Source: Balanoglossus misakiensis
Lineage: Eukaryota > Animalia > Hemichordata
DNA length: 64,000 bases
NCBI GenBank assembly: GCA_040954595.2
Contig: CM082591.2
Location: 11,859,309-11,923,308 of the forward strand
Direction: 5' to 3'
A program made the translations under genes and the position numbers. This document shows, one piece after another, positions 52,930 through 64,000 of the stretch (the first letter of the stretch is position 1; each line of letters begins with the position of its first letter). The notes under the pieces were generated by a model that ran no database searches, had not been told where the DNA came from, and saw only the letters and a list, made by a program, of their open reading frames with translations.

Positions 52930-53380
52930 TCTTGTTTTATCATGAAATCTGACAATATCACGAAATCTGACTGTGGGTGGCACGACAGAATAAAACTGGT
53001 TTTCGTCTCAACTTTTGTACATGTAGTGACACAATGAAAGAATGACAGAGAAACTGCTAACAGACAGATTATTATATATTTTTTTACCTTTTCATGTCAC
53101 TTTTATAAAACACTGCATGGCAACAAATGTGAACCATGAACAATTTGCAAGACAATGAACTAGAAGTTGAACGAGATTTGAAGACCTGCTCTGGAAGTAA
53201 TTGATTGACACTCACCCATGAGTAAGATTCCGCATGGGGCTGTGTGGCTTTCTTCAAGTAATTGTAGAATATATGTAACATGGATGTCAGTGTACATAGT
53301 GTTGGTCTGGTCGGCACTGGTGTCTCTACACAGCATGGAGCTGAGTATGGTGGGCCTTTCTACAATCAACTGAGCTAAAT
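47128..53380 (-). pseudogene. INTS1: Partial INTS1 pseudogene copy H (METEP exon deleted)
   Basis: As copy C. Confidence 0.88.
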
Positions 53381-56300
53381 GTGACAATGTGTAATTAAAG
53401 AGAAATATACAGTCAGTGGAGTAAAGGGTATAACACAATCATACTGATGGAATTCTCACTACCTGAAATAGGTTTTTGCTACCTAGGTGAGTGATGAATA
53501 AAGGTCTAATGTCCTCTCTGATATAACATACTAGTGTATGGTAAATGTCTTTCAGAGATCTACACATTAAAGGGACAAACTCTCTACAGTTAATTCATTT
53601 TGGGGAGATTTTTACTCTCATATCCTACAAACGGGATGGAAGTTGTGTGTGGTCGAACATTGATTCACTATATATCCACATGTAGAATAACATAAATGGT
53701 GTCTTGTATCAAACATAATGTATGGAAAAAGGGCAGCGAGAGAGAGACTTTGTCCCTTTAAATATCATAGCTGGCATACAGTTATAAATATGCATTTTTT
53801 GATTTATGTCTTGCAAGTACAAAACTGTTCTTTATTAAAAAGAAATACAGACAAGGTGATCCCAGGAACATAAAACCCAAAACTCAAAGCTACCAGACAG
53901 ATGAGTCTTGAGATAAACTTGGACTTACTTGTCAATCAATCTGGACTGCTCTTGTAACAACAACTCACTCAATGCTTCACTGGTGCTGGATGATTTTGTT
54001 GGCACTTGCATAGCAACAGATAAGGCTTTATTCAGAAACTCTTCTAGTTGGCTGGAATTGGCGCCTGTCAGCTGGTGATACACTGCATATGGTGCAAAGT
54101 CAAACAAAATTCACCCAATCATAAAATGTATCATTAACATGATCATACCATAAAAAATGTGAATGAATTACAATTATAGCGTGCGCATATTGAATCATAC
54201 GAAATCACACCAAATAACGCGAGACTTAGAAATAACATTACATGTGTATGGTGCCACTTAAACGACACCATTTATTCTTTTGGAGCCTAAATCATGTTTA
54301 ACCACAACTAGACAACCACAATGACCTTGTGAGAATGAAACCCACCAATAAATACATGTAGATAATCTGAAGCTATCACAGAAACAGAATGTCTTTGACA
54401 AAGTATTGCAAAGCCTTCAGTTGACCGCGAAAAAGTTGACGAAGCATGCATGTGGAAAGTGGAGTGTTGACAACAATGTGAATATATGCACGATAGCTTG
54501 CTGCGCTCGCACTCAGGTCAAACCTGTTACATATTACCAAAAATGTGGATCTATATAATTAACATTGGGTCCGTTCCTTCTTATCCCACTCGTGTTTCTG
54601 TTTGTTTGGTGAGAATATCTAATAGGTTAGCCCCTTTCACTCCCAGTTCCTTCTTTAGAGGTCCAACCTTACCATAGAAAACGATGGGTTTGGACTGGAA
54701 CATGGCGGTGAAAGGGTTCAGGTGCTTGAGGGAGTGTTAAAAATGCAGACTTTACCTTTCTATAACATGTCTCTATCTACAGCCATCCGTCCCTCAGTGA
54801 CGGCTTCAATGATTTCACTCACTTCATCCAAGTTGCCACCACTGGCTTTGATGGGACTTTTCTCACTGCTCAGGGATTTCGCTGGAAGGAAGGACGTAAG
54901 ACTGGAATTAAGGCATACGTCCCTACATAAAGGGAGGACATTTGGACATGATACCACAAATGGTTAATGGAGTTTCTGGGAAGGTTTTCAAATTCCAGGA
55001 ATTTCCAGGAGTGTACGAATCCAGTTAAGAATTCTTTATGTCATGTGATCTGGCCATGTGACCTGCAGCATTGTCATTTCCAGGTGACGGCAAACAACAT
55101 AGTGGCATCCAGTAAAAGTTTTCCACGTATGTAAGTACTTAAGAACCGCCAGACATGTAACATGTATCAGGTATAGTACCTCATCAGCCTCATGGCATTT
55201 TGTCTGCACAGTCTTTGTCTGCACCACGTTGCTGAAGTTGCCTGTCATCTGGAAAATTGAATGCCAACGTATTTGCCCTTGAGCGCGTCTGGCGTCTTTT
55301 GATATCAAAGAATAAATGCATTGTACAAACTTGAAAGTATGTAGAATTTTTCTATTTATCCTGTGTGATATAGTGAAAACGCTCAAGTTACAGTTTGTGT
55401 ATGGTTTTGAGAATTATTTCACTGCTTGAGGTAAGTGAAATAAACAGCTCACCTTGTTGTCTGTTGACTTTTTCATACTGGTTGAGAAGTTTTGTAAACA
55501 CACTGTTTTCAGACTTTGATGAACTCAAAATTGCAGACACTAGCTGGACAAATCTCATCATATCTTCCTTCTTTTCAAGATGTTTCTAAATGATATAAAG
55601 GAGTGAGAGTGAGAATTGTGCATGATTATGTCAGTTTTGAACTTTCATGTCTGTTTTGGACTGAGAGCTGTTGAATGAGAGAGAGAGAGGGAGAGAGAGA
55701 TCGCGCTCGAACAATCAGGGGGTCACGCAGACGTAATCTTTTCATTGGCGTGATACTGATATCACCACGTAACTTGCAATTCCCAAGAGTGCGACTGTAC
55801 GTACGTAAACTGTATCAAATTCAACTCATTCACGTCATATGAGAGGAGGTATACCGTGCGAATGCGAGCGCTGGGGGAACCGGGTACCGCCTACTTGAAA
55901 TGGACCTCTTCCCTTAGTGAAGTCAAATAATCATAATTATCTATCATGTAAGAAGTCAAAAATGTAAGAGAATGTTTTAATAAATATGTCAACTTATTAT
56001 TTATATTCCCCTGTATATATTCCCCTGTAAATGTCTCATAATTTGAGGAATAATATTTTGGAAGCTGAACGGAAGTTGCAACTCAAATCAAATTTCAACT
56101 TCTCCAATATATGGAATAACACTATAAGCCTACTGACTTGAGAAACTCAAATTGAATTTCAAATTCTCGAACAAACGAAAATATGTTTGAATGTAAGTAA
56201 TCTTACTATAAAATTGACATGCAATTACCTGTCGTTGGTGAAGCAAACTGAACAATGGACATGACAAATGATGTTTTCTGTGTAGATTATAAATAAACTG

Positions 56301-58949
56301 ACTCTCATCACTTGATGTTAGGATTTCTTGCATTGCCAGAATGATGTGATCACCAGAATTCTCTGATGAATCAAACAATTTCAGCCTGGAGATTTCCCTG
56401 GACAGTGTCTGTGTGAGAAATGATGGCAAAATATTAATATCATTTATTAGGAAACCTGGCCAGTCACTGAGAAATCTGTCGGCCTTTACAAAGTATAGTT
56501 CATAATCTTCTCATAAAATGATAAAGTTGCCGCAAAGGTATACAGTCACCTATAATTTACATACGCCCATATATGGCTGAAATGGCGTATTTGAGCGTTC
56601 TAAAGGACATATGGCGGCGCTCTTTTTTTCACGTGTGCCACCCACTGAAAATCTGTGATTGGCTAGATCTCAAGTTTACCATGGTAACTGTAGTTAAATT
56701 ACCATAGGTGACAATATACCTTAACATATCATATTTCTTCTGGGAAGTGTAATTGTTTTAAGATCAAATATTACATGTACATACCAATTGTATGCCTCTC
56801 AGATATTGTCTTTCTGTTGATGCAATCAATTTGTGCTCACCAATACTGAATAGCTGTAAATATAATCAAAGGAGAAGAAATCACTCACTCATTAGCAATG
56901 ATACTGCAAAAGTGGAAGTGACTGATTTTGAGTATGAAGTTGGAAAAGAGTCCCAGTACAGTGTAGAGAGGTTTCCAGATTAGGTAGATTTTGCTGTCCA
57001 ACCATTTTCACACAACGGCCATAAAACTTAAAGAAGAACTATTAAATTACCCAGCCTGATAAGTTTTGTGGTGTTTGGAAAGTCGTCCATGTCTGATGAC
57101 ACAAGATCAGCTTTTGATTGTAACATGAGACATGATCAGTTGTGTTTTGGTTCAAAAGAACATGACCTGGTTTAAGAAGCCTTGCAACTTCAGGTGACTA
57201 CAGAAGGAGCTATACTGTGCCCATTGGCCTTGATTTGACTGAGAAACCATGATTTACTGAAAAGCCACTTGGAAAAGGGTCCACTTTATTTCTAAACCAA
57301 ACTTACCTTCAGGAAGATCATCTTGGCTGACTCTTGACTATCTACAGTGACTTTTCTTGCATCCATCTTGGCTGCAACATCTTTCTTTTCATCCACCTGC
57401 ATTGCCTCACTTTTCTCCTCTTTCTTTTCCTCATCTGCAAATAAAAATTGTGTTATGTCCAGGAAATATTATTTACTTTCTGAGAAGAAACTGGAATATC
57501 TAGCTTTGCAAATCAGTTAGTGAAATAAGAGAACGCAAACAATTAATTGTCATGAAATAGTCACCTCTGTTAATATCGCGAAAAATTTCCCATCACAAAA
57601 ATTACCAAGATTACAGTAACCTAAAAATATAAAATCCTAATAATGTCCAAAGTTGAAGAATTCTATATGTATGACTTAACTTTTGAGACACTATTTCACA
57701 ACACAAATACTAGTACCTTTGTTCTCTTTATCCAGGAATGAATTTTTTTCCACCTTCTGCTCCTCTCATCTGTTGAACTTCCACTAACTGAGCCATGTAT
57801 CCTTTGTCAACCACAGCCTGATCCATACTGTACAGATCTTGTCTGCAGGCCATGTCGAGATGCTGCAGTAGTTTGCTGTGAAAAGAAACAGAAGTGTTAC
57901 ATGTGTATGTGTGTTACAGGGCCAGATCACGGCACATCATGACAAAATCTTTGTGAATATGGTGCTAGCATCATGTTTATAGCAGATCATGTGTATTCAT
58001 ACTTGTGGGCCAAATGACCTTAATATGTGGTTTGTTGTATGACTTAATTATAACACACACACCCAGTTTTTTTAATAGTCCTGCTTGAAAGATCACAGAG
58101 TGTCTTTGGCTACTGAAAAGCACCACCACAATGAGAGATAACTCACAACACCGAAGAGTAAATCTCTAAAGTTGTAATTTAAACCAAGTATGGAAATTGG
58201 GATGTACGGTAGCTTTGATGAGGAATAATTCTAGAGTTACAACATACCTCATGCTGTTGACTGGTATACCAAAGGACTGCACAAACAAGACCAACTGAGC
58301 TGGTTCCAAGTCTTCCAGGGCTGAAAAAAATGACAAATTCAGGATGAAAACAACAAAAGTTTGGTGAGAAAAGATCCCAAGTTGAATTGACACACAGATT
58401 GGCAGATATTTCCACGAAATATCACATGTAAATGGTGCAACAACAGATTAACCGATCAGGCCATGACAAATACTGCACCTCTTCACAAAAACTGCTGGGT
58501 TGCAATTTATAGCATAAAATTACTGTAAAACAGGAAATTTTTGTGATATCACAAGAGAGCTGACTATTCCATTGCTCACATTGTTTCTTTGCGACCATTT
58601 ATTTTCACGTTTTTTGGCTCTCACGAAATTCGCAAAAATTTCCCCTTTTACAATAGTATGGTTGGATCTATACAATGTATACATTGAATGGGGATGAACA
58701 CTGGACAGTGGAGCATTCTATATTAAAATTTGGGAAAACATTGAAGCCATATTAAGGTCATACTTGATTAAGCTGAAAGACGGCACAGAATAAATTTGAA
58801 ATTCAATTGGCTACAAAAATTGACTTTTCTGCCATTCTGAGATCTCCATGCTGAGCTCAATTATGTTGCTGCTTCATATAGTGGTCAGCAATAAAAACTT
58901 ACTACTGTTACAGTGGTTATACATGTAACTCTTATTAAATGTTTTTTTT
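52930..58949. repeat. Unit 9 (short type), 6020 bp
   Basis: Junction at 53380. Confidence 0.95.
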
Positions 58950-59400
58950 TCTTGTTTTATCATGAAATCTGACAATATCACGAAATCTGACTGTGGGTGG
59001 CACGACAGAATAAAACTGGTTTTCGTCTCAACTTTTGTACATGTAGTGACACAATGAAAGAATGACAGAGAAACTGCTAACAGACAGATTATTATATATT
59101 TTTTTACCTTTTCATGTCACTTTTATAAAACACTGCATGGCAACAAATGTGAACCATGAACAATTTGCAAGACAATGAACTAGAAGTTGAACGAGATTTG
59201 AAGACCTGCTCTGGAAGTAATTGATTGACACTCACCCATGAGTAAGATTCCGCATGGGGCTGTGTGGCTTTCTTCAAGTAATTGTAGAATATATGTAACA
59301 TGGATGTCAGTGTACATAGTGTTGGTCTGGTCGGCACTGGTGTCTCTACACAGCATGGAGCTGAGTATGGTGGGCCTTTCTACAATCAACTGAGCTAAAT
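53929..59400 (-). pseudogene. INTS1: Partial INTS1 pseudogene copy I (8 exons)
   Basis: As copy D. Confidence 0.88.
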
Positions 59401-62400
59401 GTGACAATGTGTAATTAAAGAGAAATATACAGTCAGTGGAGTAAAGGGTATAACACAATCATACTGATGGAATTCTCACTACCTGAAATAGGTTTTTGCT
59501 ACCTAGGTGAGTGATGAATAAAGGTCTAATGTCCTCTCTGATATAACATACTAGTGTATGGTAAATGTCTTTCAGAGATCTACACATTAAAGGGACAAAC
59601 TCTCTACAGTTAATTCATTTTGGGGAGATTTTTACTCTCATATCCTACAAACGGGATGGAAGTTGTGTGTGGTCGAACATTGATTCACTATATATCCACA
59701 TGTAGAATAACATAAATGGTGTCTTGTATCAAACATAATGTATGGAAAAAGGGCAGCGAGAGAGAGACTTTGTCCCTTTAAATATCATAGCTGGCATACA
59801 GTTATAAATATGCATTTTTTGATTTATGTCTTGCAAGTACAAAACTGTTCTTTATTAAAAAGAAATACAGACAAGGTGATCCCAGGAACATAAAACCCAA
59901 AACTCAAAGCTACCAGACAGATGAGTCTTGAGATAAACTTGGACTTACTTGTCAATCAATCTGGACTGCTCTTGTAACAACAACTCACTCAATGCTTCAC
60001 TGGTGCTGGATGATTTTGTTGGCACTTGCATAGCAACAGATAAGGCTTTATTCAGAAACTCTTCTAGTTGGCTGGAATTGGCGCCTGTCAGCTGGTGATA
60101 CACTGCATATGGTGCAAAGTCAAACAAAATTCACCCAATCATAAAATGTATCATTAACATGATCATACCATAAAAAATGTGAATGAATTACAATTATAGC
60201 GTGCGCATATTGAATCATACGAAATCACACCAAATAACGCGAGACTTAGAAATAACATTACATGTGTATGGTGCCACTTAAACGACACCATTTATTCTTT
60301 TGGAGCCTAAATCATGTTTAACCACAACTAGACAACCACAATGACCTTGTGAGAATGAAACCCACCAATAAATACATGTAGATAATCTGAAGCTATCACA
60401 GAAACAGAATGTCTTTGACAAAGTATTGCAAAGCCTTCAGTTGACCGCGAAAAAGTTGACGAAGCATGCATGTGGAAAGTGGAGTGTTGACAACAATGTG
60501 AATATATGCACGATAGCTTGCTGCGCTCGCACTCAGGTCAAACCTGTTACATATTACCAAAAATGTGGATCTATATAATTAACATTGGGTCCGTTCCTTC
60601 TTATCCCACTCGTGTTTCTGTTTGTTTGGTGAGAATATCTAATAGGTTAGCCCCTTTCACTCCCAGTTCCTTCTTTAGAGGTCCAACCTTACCATAGAAA
60701 ACGATGGGTTTGGACTGGAACATGGCGGTGAAAGGGTTCAGGTGCTTGAGGGAGTGTTAAAAATGCAGACTTTACCTTTCTATAACATGTCTCTATCTAC
60801 AGCCATCCGTCCCTCAGTGACGGCTTCAATGATTTCACTCACTTCATCCAAGTTGCCACCACTGGCTTTGATGGGACTTTTCTCACTGCTCAGGGATTTC
60901 GCTGGAAGGAAGGACGTAAGACTGGAATTAAGGCATACGTCCCTACATAAAGGGAGGACATTTGGACATGATACCACAAATGGTTAATGGAGTTTCTGGG
61001 AAGGTTTTCAAATTCCAGGAATTTCCAGGAGTGTACGAATCCAGTTAAGAATTCTTTATGTCATGTGATCTGGCCATGTGACCTGCAGCATTGTCATTTC
61101 CAGGTGACGGCAAACAACATAGTGGCATCCAGTAAAAGTTTTCCACGTATGTAAGTACTTAAGAACCGCCAGACATGTAACATGTATCAGGTATAGTACC
61201 TCATCAGCCTCATGGCATTTTGTCTGCACAGTCTTTGTCTGCACCACGTTGCTGAAGTTGCCTGTCATCTGGAAAATTGAATGCCAACGTATTTGCCCTT
61301 GAGCGCGTCTGGCGTCTTTTGATATCAAAGAATAAATGCATTGTACAAACTTGAAACTATGTAGAATTTTTCTATTTATCCTGTGTGATATAGTGAAAAC
61401 GCTCAAGTTACAGTTTGTGTATGGTTTTGAGAATTATTTCACTGCTTGAGGTAAGTGAAATAAACAGCTCACCTTGTTGTCTGTTGACTTTTTCATACTG
61501 GTTGAGAAGTTTTGTAAACACACTGTTTTCAGACTTTGATGAACTCAAAATTGCAGACACTAGCTGGACAAATCTCATCATATCTTCCTTCTTTTCAAGA
61601 TGTTTCTAAATGATATAAAGGAGTGAGAGTGAGAATTGTGCATGATTATGTCAGTTTTGAACTTTCATGTCTGTTTTGGACTGAGAGCTGTTGAATGAGA
61701 GAGAGAGAGGGAGAGAGAGATCGCGCTCGAACAATCAGGGGGTCACGCAGACGTAATCTTTTCATTGGCGTGATACTGATATCACCACGTAACTTGCAAT
61801 TCCCAAGAGTGCGACTGTACGTACGTAAACTGTATCAAATTCAACTCATTCACGTCATATGAGAGGAGGTATACCGTGCGAATGCGAGCGCGGGGGGAAC
61901 CGGGTACCGCCTACTTGAAATGGACCTCTTCCCTTAGTGAAGTCAAATAATCAAAATTATCTATCATGTAAGAAGTCAAAAATGTAAGAGAATGTTTTAA
62001 TAAATATGTCAACTTATTATTTATATTCCCCTGTATATATTCCCCTGTAAATGTCTCATAATTTGAGGAATAATATTTTGGAAGCTGAACGGAAGTTGCA
62101 ACTCAAATCAAATTTCAACTTCTCCAATATATGGAATAACACTATAAGCCTACTGACTTGAGAAACTCAAATTGAATTTCAAATTCTCGAACAAACGAAA
62201 ATATGTTTGAATGTAAGTAATCTTACTATAAAATTGACATGCAATTACCTGTCGTTGGTGAAGCAAACTGAACAATGGACATGACAAATGATGTTTTCTG
62301 TGTAGATTATAAATAAACTGACTCTCATCACTTGATGTTAGGATTTCTTGCATTGCCAGAATGATGTGATCACCAGAATTCTCTGATGAATCAAACAATT

Positions 62401-64000
62401 TCAGCCTGGAGATTTCCCTGGACAGTGTCTGTGTGAGAAATGATGGCAAAATATTAATATCATTTATTAGGAAACCTGGCCAGTCACTGAGAAATCTGTC
62501 GGCCTTTACAAAGTATAGTTCATAATCTTCTCATAAAATGATAAAGTTGCCGCAAAGGTATACAGTCACCTATAATTTACATACGCCCATATATGGCTGA
62601 AATGGCGTATTTGAGCGTTCTAAAGGACATATGGCGGCGCTCTTTTTTTCACGTGTGCCACCCACTGAAAATCTGTGATTGGCTAGATCTCAAGTTTACC
62701 ATGGTAACTGTAGTTAAATTACCATAGGTGACAATATACCTTAACATATCATATTTCTTCTGGGAAGTGTAATTGTTTTAAGATCAAATATTACATGTAC
62801 ATACCAATTGTATGCCTCTCAGATATTGTCTTTCCGTTGATGCACTCACTTTGTGCTCACCAATACTGAATAGCTGTAAATATAATCAAAGGAGAAGAAA
62901 TCACTCACTCATTAGCAATGATACTGCAAAAGTGGAAGTGACTGATTTTGAGTCTGAAGTTGGAAAAGAGTCCCAGTACAGTGTAGAGAGGTTTCCAGAT
63001 TAGGTAGATTTTGCTGTCCAACCATTTTCACACAACGGCCATAAAACTTAAAGAAGAACTATTAAATTACCCAGCCTGATAAGTTTTGTGGTGTTTGGAA
63101 AGTCGTCCATGTCTGATGACACAAGATCAGCTTTTGATTGTAACATGAGACATGATCAGTTGTGTTTTGGTTCAAAAGAACATGACCTGGTTTAAGAAGC
63201 CTTGCAACTTCAGGTGACTACAGAAGGAGCTATACTGTGCCCATTGGCCTTGATTTGACTGAGAAACCGTGATTTACTGAAAAGCCACTTGGAAAAGGGT
63301 CCACTTTATTTCTAAACCAAACTTACCTTCAGGAAGATCATCTTGGCTGACTCTTGACTATCTACAGTGACTTTTCTTGCATCCATCTTGGCTGCAACAT
63401 CTTTCTTTTCATCCACCTGCATTGCCTCACTTTTCTCCTCTTTCTTTTCCTCATCTGCAAATAAAAATTGTGTTATGTCCAGGAAATATTATTTACTTTC
63501 TGAGAAGAAACTGGAATATCTAGCTTTGCAAATCAGTTAGTGAAATAAGAGAACGCAAACAATTAATTGTCATGAAATAGTCACCTCTGTTAATATCGCG
63601 AAAAATTTCCCATCACAAAAATTACCAAGATTACAGTAACCTAAAAATATAAAATCCTAATAATGTCCAAAGTTGAAGAATTCTATATGTATGACTTAAC
63701 TTTTGAGACACTATTTCACAACACAAATACTAGTACCTTTGTTCTCTTTATCCAGGAATGAATTTTTTTCCACCTTCTGCTCCTCTCATCTGTTGAACTT
63801 CCACTAACTGAGCCATGTATCCTTTGTCAACCACAGCCTGTTCCATACTGTACAGATCTTGTCTGCAGGCCATGTCGAGATGCTGCAGTAGTTTGCTGTG
63901 AAAAGAAACAGAAGTGTTACATGTGTATGTGTGTTACAGGGCCAGATCACGGCACATCATGACAAAATCTTTGTGAATATGGTGCTAGCATCATGTTTAT
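58950..64000. repeat. Unit 10 (short type), partial
   Basis: Junction at 59400. Truncated by the window end. Confidence 0.95.
59949..63895 (-). pseudogene. INTS1: Partial INTS1 pseudogene copy J (cut by window end)
   Basis: The exons SKLLQ through GANSS are present. Confidence 0.85.

Larger units (their letters stand above)
1..64000. repeat. Tandem array (macrosatellite-like) of ~6.0-8.1 kb units, 9 complete plus 1 partial, continuing past both window edges
   Basis: The same ORF set recurs (e.g. MFDFAPY... at 1958, 10039, 16906, 22911, 28931, 34951, 40959, 47920, 53925, 59945). The sequence is near-identical between copies apart from scattered SNPs and indels. Confidence 0.99.

Noticed and set aside
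155-63003. The 60-162 aa ORFs in the supplied track as stand-alone genes
   Set aside because: They are exon fragments read into introns, antisense shadows or chance ORFs. Many have non-ATG starts, and they recur only because the unit repeats.
1-64000. CRISPR array or other prokaryotic system
   Set aside because: No short repeat-spacer structure. Spliceosomal introns and MITEs show the DNA is eukaryotic.

Overview
Eukaryotic, AT-rich, intron-containing DNA. The frequent TACATGTA and the MITE types are compatible with a marine invertebrate such as a mollusc, but that is a low-confidence guess. The whole window is a head-to-tail tandem array of about 10 near-identical units. Measured from an arbitrary phase at base 1, they start at 1, 8093, 15013, 21916, 27936, 33956, 39964, 45969, 52930 and 58950, with lengths 8092, 6920, 6903, 6020, 6020, 6008, 6005, 6961, 6020 and a partial last unit. 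Each unit carries, on the minus strand, a colinear run of up to 10 GT-AG exons from the middle of Integrator complex subunit 1 (INTS1). The run is pseudogenised by small frameshifting deletions and lacks both ends of the gene. Between the INTS1 exons lie many extra exon-like cassettes that I cannot assign to INTS1, often joined by 25-50 nt GT...AG mini-introns. The units also hold several MITEs and a CpG-rich, GAGA/CRE-bearing island. Unit 1 alone has a 1110-bp TIR transposon with a 6-bp TSD, six units share a 962-bp deletion, and SNP/indel patterns are mosaic with a 31,014-bp higher-order periodicity. The supplied short ORFs are exon fragments or chance ORFs, and I see no intact gene.
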